From assembly GCA_021833245.1 (NCBI GenBank), contig JAKBGA010000003.1, positions 1 through 35,656 on the forward strand: a stretch of 35,656 nucleotides of DNA. The letters are read 5' to 3'. Below are positions 28,113-35,656 of this stretch, piece by piece. This DNA is from a bacterium. Its GTDB lineage: Bacteria > Patescibacteriota > Minisyncoccia > Phycocordibacterales > Phycocordibacteraceae. Each line of letters begins with the position of its first letter. Position 1 is the first letter of the stretch. The position numbers and the translations under genes are program-made. The notes under the pieces were generated by a model. The model made no database searches. It saw only the letters and a program-made list of their open reading frames with translations, and was not told the origin of the DNA.

Positions 28113-28769
28113 GACAAAGTCCGCGGTGACAATGAAACGGTCACTTTTAGTCGCGAACGAGTTACAGGTCACAAGCGTGAGCACTTGTCCAGGAACGGTA
28201 AGATCAATGCCTGAATTGTTCGCGATGTTTTCTTTTGTGACACTTCTCACTTGGTATATATACGCCTCATCAGAGGAATACACCGTAATAGCGTCACCTG
28301 CCACAAGCTTCTGAATACCATCGAAGGTCTTATATGCTTGGTCACCAACTATCGGTAAGTAGCTCGAGTGACCGAAAATAACAACATTACCAACTTCACC
28401 AAGCATAGCGGAAGTCGGGTATCGTACAGCTCCCTTAAGGAGCAGACCGTCGAGTGTACTGATGTTGGTCGTATCTGGATTTTCAATATTCACAGCGAGT
28501 TTTATCGCGGGAATTGCTATGCTTGTTGGAGATTCGACCTTGAGTGTTGGTGCCAACATGGCGGCACTCACGGTAACAGATGGTTCCTCCACAAACGTAA
28601 TGGCGGAATTATCCGGTGGCGGTACCCCTGGTAAAAGATTGAGGCGGGCAAGTATTGCTACAGTGCCAAGAAAAATTAAAGCGAAAACACATAGAAAGCT
28701 CCACTTTCTTGCGTAAGCTTGTTTGCCGGCCTGAATAAGCCGCGCGGTAAACCCGATAGCCCATGTCAT
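28089..28769 (-). CDS. Sortase (class D/E-like)
   Basis: N-terminal TM; IAIPAI; GNVVIFGHS (His); LTLVTC (Cys); DRFIV (Arg): complete catalytic triad. Confidence 0.92.
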   Translation of the reverse strand: MTWAIGFTARLIQAGKQAYARKWSFLCVFALIFLGTVAILARLNLLPGVPPPDNSAITFVEEPSVTVSAAMLAPTLKVESPTSIAIPAIKLAVNIENPDTTNISTLDGLLLKGAVRYPTSAMLGEVGNVVIFGHSSYLPIVGDQAYKTFDGIQKLVAGDAITVYSSDEAYIYQVRSVTKENIANNSGIDLTVPGQVLTLVTCNSFATKSDRFIVTADFVESHSISS

Positions 28770-28805
28770 ATGGTCTTATAAAGACATACAGCATTGTATC
28801 AATAT

Positions 28806-28819
28806 TGTCAAGCTTGACA
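28806..28819. promoter_or_regulatory. Perfect 14-bp palindrome TGTCAAGCTTGACA (back-to-back TTGACA) between sortase and CARDB genes
   Basis: Directly visible; consensus -35 on both strands of an 86-bp divergent intergenic region. Confidence 0.5.
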
Positions 28820-28855
28820 TAAAAAGCAAGTATGTGGTATATATCCACATACATT

Positions 28856-29635
28856 ATGAATACATATGCAACCACACCTACATCATTGCCACGTCAAACG
28901 GCCATTAAAATTCTAGCGGTAATCGGTTTCGTTGCACTTATTGGCACAGGTATGTGGCTTGCCGTTTATTCGACGCAATTTGTACCTTCAGTGATAAATC
29001 GAATTGGTGAAGCGACGGTTTACCTTGGCTCAGTCTTCACACCTCAACATACATCCAATAATCTATCGGTTATTCCGATGACGCCAACTGCATCAACTAC
29101 AATATCATTCGGTGAAGCGAGTTCCACGGGCTCAAAAATGCCAGTAAAACATCCGACAACTATGTATAGAACCAAGCGGATTACGACAACCGCTGGTACC
29201 AAGGAAGATACCGTCTACCAAATGAAAGGTTCCGTTGGCACGCCTTCACTTTACGGCCTTCCTGATTTTGTTACGACTATTGACGCGATTGGATATCTCG
29301 CAACGACCTCAGCGGATTCTTTTGTTGCAAGTTCAACGGTTCCAACAGGAAGTCGCCCTGCCGTAAGATTTACCATAAAGAATATCGGCACAAATGCGAC
29401 TGGCCCATGGCGTTTCAGCGCCCTTATTCCAACACAAACCGCGTATATTTACCAATCGCAACCGCAACAATCCTTAAACCCTGGCGATAGCATCGATTAC
29501 ACCCTCGGCTTTGACCAGGCAAATAAAGGTGCAAATGAAACCATTTCAATTACCGCAAACTTTGATCATGCGGTCGTTGAATCGAATACTAACAATGATA
29601 GTGCTTCTGCGCAAATAACTATTCTCGGAAATTAA
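28856..29635 (+). CDS. Membrane-anchored protein with Thr/Ser-rich linker and C-terminal CARDB (Ig-like) domain
   Basis: N-terminal TM; PDF..VRFTIKNIGTNATG..SLNPGDS..NFDHAVVESNTNND. Confidence 0.75.
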   Translation: MNTYATTPTSLPRQTAIKILAVIGFVALIGTGMWLAVYSTQFVPSVINRIGEATVYLGSVFTPQHTSNNLSVIPMTPTASTTISFGEASSTGSKMPVKHPTTMYRTKRITTTAGTKEDTVYQMKGSVGTPSLYGLPDFVTTIDAIGYLATTSADSFVASSTVPTGSRPAVRFTIKNIGTNATGPWRFSALIPTQTAYIYQSQPQQSLNPGDSIDYTLGFDQANKGANETISITANFDHAVVESNTNNDSASAQITILGN

Positions 29636-29636
29636 A

Positions 29637-31607
29637 CTAAATATCTAGATTCGCTAATTTCGCGTTTGATTGAATAAATGATTTTCGTGAAGCAACATCA
29701 GTACCCATGAGAATATCGAAAATTCTATCAGCTGCCTCGGCATCCTCGATATTAACGCGTTTCAGTACTCGTCGCTCTGGATCCATCGTAGTTTCCCAGA
29801 GCTCGCTCGGATTCATTTCGCCTAGACCTTTGTAGCGCTGTATATTTGCCTCACCAATTTCTTTTAATGCTTTTTCTTTCTCCTTATCTGAATAAGCATA
29901 TACGATGGTCTTCCCTTTTGATATTTTATACAGTGGAGGTTGGGCAATATAAACGAAACCACCTTCGATAATCGGTCGAAAATGACGATATAGAAGTGTG
30001 AGTAGAAGCGTACGAATATGAGCACCGTCAACATCGGCATCGGTCGCAATAATAATCTTATGATAGCGTAATTTTGAAATATCAAACACATCGCCAATAG
30101 CAGTACCCATGGCGATAACTAGTGCACGAATTTCAACCGATGCGAGCATACGATCGATGCGAGCACGTTCGACGTTAAGAATCTTTCCGCGCAAAGGCAG
30201 GATTGCCTGAGTGCGACGGTCTCTACCCTGCTTGCTTGAGCCACCGGCGGAATCGCCCTCCACAATAAAAAGCTCGCCTTCTTCGGCGCTCTTTGTTTGA
30301 CAATCAGCGAGCTTGCCAGGAAGGGTCATTCCTTCAAGTGCTCCCTTACGCAATACTGAATCCTTTGCAGCCTTTGCAGCCTTCCGCGCTTTAAGCGCGA
30401 GGATTACCTTGTTAATGATCGCACGTGCATCATCTGGATTTTCCTCAAGAAATGTGCCGAAAGCTTCTCCGAAAATGGTCGCAGTGGCCCCTTGTGCCTC
30501 AACCGAACCAAGTTTCGCTTTGGTCTGCCCCTCAAATTGAATTTCGGGAAGCTTCACTGATATGACAGCCGTAATTCCCTCTAAGACATCGTCGCCGGTG
30601 AAATTTTCATCCTTATCTTTAATAAGATTCGCGTTTCTGCCGTACGTATTGAGACTTCGCGTAAGCGCCATCTTGAAGCCCGTGACATGAGTGCCTCCTT
30701 CACTATTGTAAGTGTTATTTGCAAAGGCGGTGATACGCGATGTAATATCATCAACATACTGAAGTGCGACTTCAACCTCCACTTTGTCCTGTTCGCGGTC
30801 GATATAAAAAATTTTCTTGTGCACTGGTGTTTGGTGTTTGTTATAAAACGCAATAAGTGACTTAAGACCTCCCTCGAAGTAGAACGTCATCGACGGTACG
30901 TCGAGTGAATGGGCGCGCAAAAAAATGGTATCCGTCCCGAAGGCTTCTTGTAAACTGCGAGCATCAAACAGAGCAATGCGAACATCCTTCATCAAATACG
31001 CCTGTTGACGTAAATGTGTAAGTATCTTTTCCCAATTCCATTCAATACCTTCTTTAAAAATAGAAGCATCGGGTTTGAAGAGAACGATTGTGCCGTGCTC
31101 CTTTGAGGTGCCGATCTTCCTCACTTTAGTGAGTGGTTTACCAATGTGATATTCCTGTAGATGAATGCCCCCATCCTGGTGCACAACAACCTTCGTATGC
31201 TCGGAGAGCGCGTTCACCACTGACGCGCCAACGCCATGCAAACCACCAGAAACCTTATATGCATCATTATCAAATTTACCACCTGCATGGAGTGTCGTCA
31301 TGATGGTTTCGAGCGCGGAAACTTTTGTCTTCGGATGAATACCAACTGGAATACCATTCCCATTATCCGCTACACGCACATACCCATCTGGTAACAACGC
31401 AACTTCTATGTCATTACATCGACCAGCCATCGCTTCATCACGCGCATTGTCAAATATTTCCCAAATAAGGTGGTGAAGACCGTCGGGACCAGTAGTCCCG
31501 ATATACATGCCAGGACGTTTCCGCACAGGCTCAAGGCCTTCAAGGACGGTAATGGAAGAAGCGTCATATGCCCTTTTCTTGTCCTCTTTTTTGACGATTG
31601 TAGCCAT
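29637..31607 (-). CDS. gyrB: DNA gyrase subunit B (type IIA topoisomerase B subunit)
   Basis: LEPVRKRPGMYIG, GLHGVGASVVNALS, VEGDSAGG, PLRGK, DADVDG, QRYKGLGEMN, C-terminal NLDI. Start MATIVKK. Confidence 0.9.
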   Translation of the reverse strand: MATIVKKEDKKRAYDASSITVLEGLEPVRKRPGMYIGTTGPDGLHHLIWEIFDNARDEAMAGRCNDIEVALLPDGYVRVADNGNGIPVGIHPKTKVSALETIMTTLHAGGKFDNDAYKVSGGLHGVGASVVNALSEHTKVVVHQDGGIHLQEYHIGKPLTKVRKIGTSKEHGTIVLFKPDASIFKEGIEWNWEKILTHLRQQAYLMKDVRIALFDARSLQEAFGTDTIFLRAHSLDVPSMTFYFEGGLKSLIAFYNKHQTPVHKKIFYIDREQDKVEVEVALQYVDDITSRITAFANNTYNSEGGTHVTGFKMALTRSLNTYGRNANLIKDKDENFTGDDVLEGITAVISVKLPEIQFEGQTKAKLGSVEAQGATATIFGEAFGTFLEENPDDARAIINKVILALKARKAAKAAKDSVLRKGALEGMTLPGKLADCQTKSAEEGELFIVEGDSAGGSSKQGRDRRTQAILPLRGKILNVERARIDRMLASVEIRALVIAMGTAIGDVFDISKLRYHKIIIATDADVDGAHIRTLLLTLLYRHFRPIIEGGFVYIAQPPLYKISKGKTIVYAYSDKEKEKALKEIGEANIQRYKGLGEMNPSELWETTMDPERRVLKRVNIEDAEAADRIFDILMGTDVASRKSFIQSNAKLANLDI

Positions 31608-31633
31608 AAAATGTATGATTCTGAATTTTTTAC

Positions 31634-31782
31634 AGTATAGCACAAATTAGTCATTGTTTCTTCTTTGAATCAGTGGTTTTGTGATCAAAAAAAGAGAGTA
31701 TCATCCTCAATCTCAGGTCGGGTAGGGTCTACCAGACGTGAACTCATTTCTAAAAATAGAATGTGACAGACTGTGCTATACT
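31634..31782. promoter_or_regulatory. Divergent extended -10 promoters (TGTGCTATACT on each strand) for gyrB and the GT2 gene
   Basis: Identical 11-mer: -10 at 31639-31634 (minus) and 31777-31782 (plus). Confidence 0.6.
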
Positions 31783-31795
31783 GGCGTTAATTATT

Positions 31796-33055
31796 ATGAG
31801 TCCTGAATTGCTCGCGTATCCGTTCCTATTTATCGCGATATTTTTCGAATCGTTCGTTCTTGTAACGCTTCTCTCAAAACCAGCGCGGGAGGCACGAAAA
31901 CGTACCGCCATCACCACCAATGATACGTCGATAACGACGCTTCCATCGGTCGCGGTTATCGTGCCATGCTGGAATGAAGCGGCAACAATCAGTGGTACTT
32001 GTGACTCGCTACTTGCACTCAGCTACCCGAAAGAAAAACTGGAGATCATTTTAGTTAATGACGGTTCGACTGACGATACGCGAAATGTCGTAGCACGCTT
32101 TGCGGAACATCCACAGATACACATTATCCATAAAGAAAACGGTGGGAAACATACGGCACTAAACGCGGGCATTGCTGTTACACAGGCAGAATTCATTGGT
32201 TGTCTTGATGCCGACTCATTTGTTGAGCCAGACGCATTACGCGAGATCGTTCCCTGCTTCAGTGAGGCAAAGGTTGCGGCAGTAACTGCCGCAATGTCAG
32301 TACATCACCCAAAGAATCTCCTCCAACATATGCAACATGTTGAATACGTACTTGGTATAGCACTTCGACACGCGATCGCCTCCGTTAACGGGCTCTACGT
32401 AACCCCAGGACCATTTTCCTTCTATCGACAGAGTGTCATAAAAGAGCTTGGTGGATTTCGTTACGGTCATCAGACCGAAGATATGGAAATGGCGCTCCGA
32501 ATTCAGCGTGCTGGATATAGTATTGAGAACGCGCCACGCGCACGTGTTTATACCAAGTCCCCGAACACCCTAATGAAACTTGTGAAGCAACGCACACGCT
32601 GGACAACCGGTTTTCTCCGCAATGTTACGGGTGAGTATCGCAGCCTTATTGGTAATCGCCAGTACGGTGCGCTTGGTATGCTCATGCTACCGACCGGACT
32701 GCTCGCTATCGGAAGCAGTATCTTGCTCTTTTTTCTCGTACTATTTGAATTTGTACTCCATATTATAAACGCCCTCGCAATTCGTACGGGTATTCCGCTC
32801 TCTTATGCGCTCGTGCCACACGGTTCGTTTGATTGGTTTTATCTCCCCACAAATTATTACCTATTACTCAGCATCGCCACGGTCGGTATGCTGCTCTCTT
32901 TGATAGTAATCGGCAAACGTATATCAAAAACACCAATGAGTCTTAAGATCGGCCTCATTTCATATGTACTCTTGTACGGTTTCATCGTACCGTTATGGCT
33001 TATGCGCGCAACAGCCGATGTTGCGTTTGGAAAACGTCGCGGTTGGCGGTGGTAA
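31796..33055 (+). CDS. Processive GT2 glycosyltransferase (PgaC/IcaA/cellulose-synthase-like)
   Basis: VPCWNE, VNDGSTD, ENGGK..ALN, LDADS, TED, QRTRW (D,D,D,QxxRW); N- and C-terminal TM helices. Confidence 0.9.
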   Translation: MSPELLAYPFLFIAIFFESFVLVTLLSKPAREARKRTAITTNDTSITTLPSVAVIVPCWNEAATISGTCDSLLALSYPKEKLEIILVNDGSTDDTRNVVARFAEHPQIHIIHKENGGKHTALNAGIAVTQAEFIGCLDADSFVEPDALREIVPCFSEAKVAAVTAAMSVHHPKNLLQHMQHVEYVLGIALRHAIASVNGLYVTPGPFSFYRQSVIKELGGFRYGHQTEDMEMALRIQRAGYSIENAPRARVYTKSPNTLMKLVKQRTRWTTGFLRNVTGEYRSLIGNRQYGALGMLMLPTGLLAIGSSILLFFLVLFEFVLHIINALAIRTGIPLSYALVPHGSFDWFYLPTNYYLLLSIATVGMLLSLIVIGKRISKTPMSLKIGLISYVLLYGFIVPLWLMRATADVAFGKRRGWRW

Positions 33056-33065
33056 TTCGTAACCC

Positions 33066-33740
33066 ATGTCACTGGTAACCCGAAATGCGCTCATAGCCCT
33101 CGGTATTACAATCGCGCTTGCAGGTACGGTTGCCTATGCCGTTAATTACCTTAACCGTGCGCGCGTCAGCGAACTCTCGACTATAGAGGACCAGATTTCA
33201 ATTGACACGCTTTCCCTTGAGACACAGTTCTCTCTACTCGAAGAAGCACCTTGTGACAGCGCTGCGTCTTCAACCACGCTGACCGGGGAACTTGCTGATC
33301 TCGGTAGTCGCCTTTCCTACGCCGAGGGTCAACTCGGGAGCGAAAATTCGCAGGTAATACGATTGAAGGAACAGTATTCCCTGCTCGAAATACGCGACTA
33401 CCTTATTACCAAACAACTCGCTGCTGCCTGCGGAACGAAACCTGTGACAGTTTTGTATTTCTATAGCAATGCCGGTGATTGCAGCTCCTGCGATAAGGCG
33501 GGTTACGCTTTATCCTATTTACGAAACACCTATCCGGCACTCCGTGTGTATTCATTCGACTATAACCTCAACCTTGGTGCACTGAAGACCCTCATCACAA
33601 TCCTGAGAGTCCGGGACTCGCTCCCCGCGTTCGTCGTGAACGGGAAACAATCTTATGGTTTTACATCTCTTAGTGATTTGGAGAAAAAATTTCCCAAAGG
33701 GGCACTTGCCTCAACAACTGCGATAAATCAGAATTCTTGA
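33066..33740 (+). CDS. Membrane-anchored hypothetical protein with helical region and C-terminal thioredoxin-like CxxC domain
   Basis: N-terminal TM; VLYFYSNAGDCSSC; LRVYSFD; LPAFVVNG; 10 bp after the GT2 gene. Confidence 0.7.
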   Translation: MSLVTRNALIALGITIALAGTVAYAVNYLNRARVSELSTIEDQISIDTLSLETQFSLLEEAPCDSAASSTTLTGELADLGSRLSYAEGQLGSENSQVIRLKEQYSLLEIRDYLITKQLAAACGTKPVTVLYFYSNAGDCSSCDKAGYALSYLRNTYPALRVYSFDYNLNLGALKTLITILRVRDSLPAFVVNGKQSYGFTSLSDLEKKFPKGALASTTAINQNS

Positions 33741-33791
33741 ACGAAACGCAAGCTGCGCCAAAATTTAGGAAAATGGGAACCTGTTTGATTC

Positions 33792-33867
33792 TGGAGCCGG
33801 AGGTCGGAATCGAACCGACGACCTGCTCATTACAAGTGAGCTGCTCTGCCAACTGAGCTACTCCGGC
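33792..33867 (-). tRNA. tRNA-Thr (UGU)
   Basis: GCCGGAG/CTCCGGC acceptor stem, D arm, GCTCA-CTTGTAA-TGAGC anticodon arm, TTCGA T loop, encoded CCA; 76 nt. Confidence 0.97.
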
Positions 33868-33877
33868 GTATCCTCCC

Positions 33878-34282
33878 TTACCGTACATCCACATCAGGAT
33901 GTACTGTTTTGAGGCTATTTTTGAAATCAGAAAGCGTCTTTACAAATGCACGCGCATTCACGCGCGGCGTAACGTCAAGCGATTGACGCATACGAAAACG
34001 CCGAACAAAACGTGTGAGAAAACGCTCGATAGCGCGCACCACCTGAAGCGAGAAGTGCGCGCTATCATGCGCAATGCGATGAGCGAAATGACGTAATGTC
34101 TCCCGCAGAAATGCACTTAGATCAATATGCGCCAAGATAAACTCAACACGTCCAACCTGCCGATCGAAATGTGCGCGCAATACCTCCAGAAAACGCGTGC
34201 CGCGTTTTGTTTCATACCACGTAAGCACCGAGAAACTAAGAAAAATAACGAGTGCTGCGAGAATAGTGATAAGGTATATCAT
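33878..34282 (-). CDS. Hypothetical membrane-anchored basic protein
   Basis: N-terminal hydrophobic helix; fills the gap between tsf and the tRNA on the same strand. Confidence 0.65.
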   Translation of the reverse strand: MIYLITILAALVIFLSFSVLTWYETKRGTRFLEVLRAHFDRQVGRVEFILAHIDLSAFLRETLRHFAHRIAHDSAHFSLQVVRAIERFLTRFVRRFRMRQSLDVTPRVNARAFVKTLSDFKNSLKTVHPDVDVR

Positions 34283-34287
34283 GGCAA

Positions 34288-34869
34288 TTAACGGGCAGAG
34301 AGACGTGCGAAACGACTAATCTCAACACGTTCGCCAAATTTTTGCGTTGCTTCGTTAAGAAGGTCGCGCACGGTTCTGTGTTCATCCTTGATAAACGGCT
34401 GTTCGAGAAGTACCTGATCACGAAAATAACTCGCCAGTTTACCTTCCAAAATCTGTGCTTGCATGGCCTTTGGCTTTTGAGCAATTTCTTTTTCGAATAC
34501 TGCAGTCGCGGTACTCCTTGTTTCGTTCGGAATCTCCGCAACCGTACCATACTTAGGATCAGTCGCCGCAACCTGCATTGCGATTTCCCGAGCAAGGGCA
34601 ACAAAATCAGGATTTTTAGCAACGAAATCTGTTTCGCAGGAAAGGAGAACCATCGCACCGATATTTCCATCGTGGACGTAGCTCCCTATTGCTCCAGCGG
34701 CGAGTGTACGATTTGCCGATTTTTCAGCCGATGTCGCTGAATGTTTTTTGAGAATGACGGCGGCAGCAGCAATATCGCCATCCGCCTCTTCAAGCGCCTT
34801 CTTACACTGCATGACCGATACTCCGGTCAGCTCGCGCAACTCTTTTATTATTTCAGTCGTAATTTCCAT
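34288..34869 (-). CDS. tsf: Elongation factor Ts (short form)
   Basis: IKELRELTGVSVMQCKKAL; CETDFVAKN; AMQVAA; LLEQPFIKD; downstream of rpsB. Confidence 0.96.
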   Translation of the reverse strand: MEITTEIIKELRELTGVSVMQCKKALEEADGDIAAAAVILKKHSATSAEKSANRTLAAGAIGSYVHDGNIGAMVLLSCETDFVAKNPDFVALAREIAMQVAATDPKYGTVAEIPNETRSTATAVFEKEIAQKPKAMQAQILEGKLASYFRDQVLLEQPFIKDEHRTVRDLLNEATQKFGERVEISRFARLSAR

Positions 34870-34913
34870 GATAAAAAGATGATAACATGCTCAGCGCTGC
34901 CGCCTGTGCCGGG

Positions 34914-35612
34914 TTACGCAACCTGCCCTTTTTTGAAGGCTTCAATGAGTTCGGCGAGAATGAGCCGGACAGTTTCGCGTGACGTATCATTTGCGACAAT
35001 CGGATAAGTAATCTCCCGCAGGTCACAGTCCGAACTCATGATGGCGATAATGGGGATGCCCGCCTCATTTGCCTCTTTGACCGCATGTTTCTCGTGTTTA
35101 GGGTCGACGACAAGAAGCGCGTCCGGACGCTTCGCGAGCTCGGTAATACCATCAAGGCGACCCGTGAGGCGCTTTCTTTCCCTTTCGATTTTCACAAGTT
35201 CTAGCTTCGTGTGCTGTTTCGCAAGCGTGCCCGCCTCCCCTTTTTCCAAGAGCTCTGCGAGCCGATCGATGCGCTTCTTTATTTCGCTCCAATTGGAGAT
35301 AGTACCTCCGAGCCACCGTGCTGCGACGTAAGGAGCGCCAATATCTTGTGCCGCTTTCTTTACAAGAGCGGCTACCTCGACTTTCCCGCCAACAAGAAGA
35401 ACTGTCTTTCCTTCTTTTGCGAGCGCGGCCATAATACCTTTCGCAACCTCAAGCTGTCCAACCGTCTTCGTAAGATCGAAGATCTCCTGTCTTCCTTTCG
35501 TACCGACAAGGAAAGGTTTCATTGAGGGGTGCCGACGACTTTTTACCTGCGCAAAATGCGCCCCCGCATCGAAGAGGCGCCTGAGTTCCGTCGTATCTTT
35601 TACCGCCGTCAT
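34914..35612 (-). CDS. rpsB: 30S ribosomal protein S2
   Basis: LFDAGAHF..HPSMKPF..IFDL; RWLGGTISNW; AVKEA..GIPIIA..YPIVAND. Confidence 0.96.
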   Translation of the reverse strand: MTAVKDTTELRRLFDAGAHFAQVKSRRHPSMKPFLVGTKGRQEIFDLTKTVGQLEVAKGIMAALAKEGKTVLLVGGKVEVAALVKKAAQDIGAPYVAARWLGGTISNWSEIKKRIDRLAELLEKGEAGTLAKQHTKLELVKIERERKRLTGRLDGITELAKRPDALLVVDPKHEKHAVKEANEAGIPIIAIMSSDCDLREITYPIVANDTSRETVRLILAELIEAFKKGQVA

Positions 35613-35656
35613 TTCATAATACCTTACTCGAATTTCATCCCTTGCGCAAGCGCCTC

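Noticed and set aside
29637-31607. gyrB without adjacent gyrA; possible parE
   Set aside because: Split gyrA/gyrB is common and the C-terminus looks GyrB-like; cannot be resolved further without phylogeny
31713-31741. Imperfect hairpin containing TCTACC, superficially purine-riboswitch-like
   Set aside because: Lacks the three-way junction consensus and lies upstream of both predicted divergent promoters
33792-33830. tRNA-Thr 3' end as an integration site
   Set aside because: No integrase and no duplicated tRNA 3' fragment seen in the window
35624-35656. Possible 3' end of an upstream minus-strand gene (..EALAQGMKFE*)
   Set aside because: Only 11 codons visible; cannot be supported or identified
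1-35656. Alternative genetic code (UGA=Gly), introns/inteins, prophage, IS or DGR elements
   Set aside because: TGA terminates several conserved genes at expected positions; core genes are uninterrupted; no transposase, integrase or reverse transcriptase; the 105-bp repeat has no adenine-specific mismatches

Overview
Core-genome segment of a Patescibacteria (CPR) bacterium, most likely Parcubacteria. The lineage call is inferred from compact genes, Shine-Dalgarno-free core genes, a short SMC, a NusB-Nudix fusion and CPR-type surface proteins; TGA is used as stop, so genetic code 11. Housekeeping content: rpoB-rpoC-dnaG-rpoD, rpsP-khpA-trmD, rnr, rpmF-nusB-rnc-smc, rnhB/dnaE, gyrB, rpsB-tsf and tRNA-Thr(UGU). 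The best candidate for an undescribed system is the cell-surface locus at 24.3-29.6 kb. It holds a sortase, a divergent CARDB protein, an apparently inserted Cys-rich exported ORFan, and an 817-aa surface protein. That protein has Ig-like repeats, a CnaB-like domain, an INTERNAL LPxTG-type motif (IPYTG), a TM helix and a ~225-aa cytoplasmic tail whose last ~105 aa resemble DnaX (tau/gamma) domain III. Other notable signals: a palindromic bidirectional leaderless promoter between rnhB and dnaE, boxA-like elements ahead of two ORFan cassettes, a 20-bp hairpin centred on the sortase stop codon, a hinge-less SMC, a NusB fused to a degenerate Nudix domain, and rifampicin-pocket substitutions in RpoB. 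All family calls come from visual motif recognition; no searches were run.
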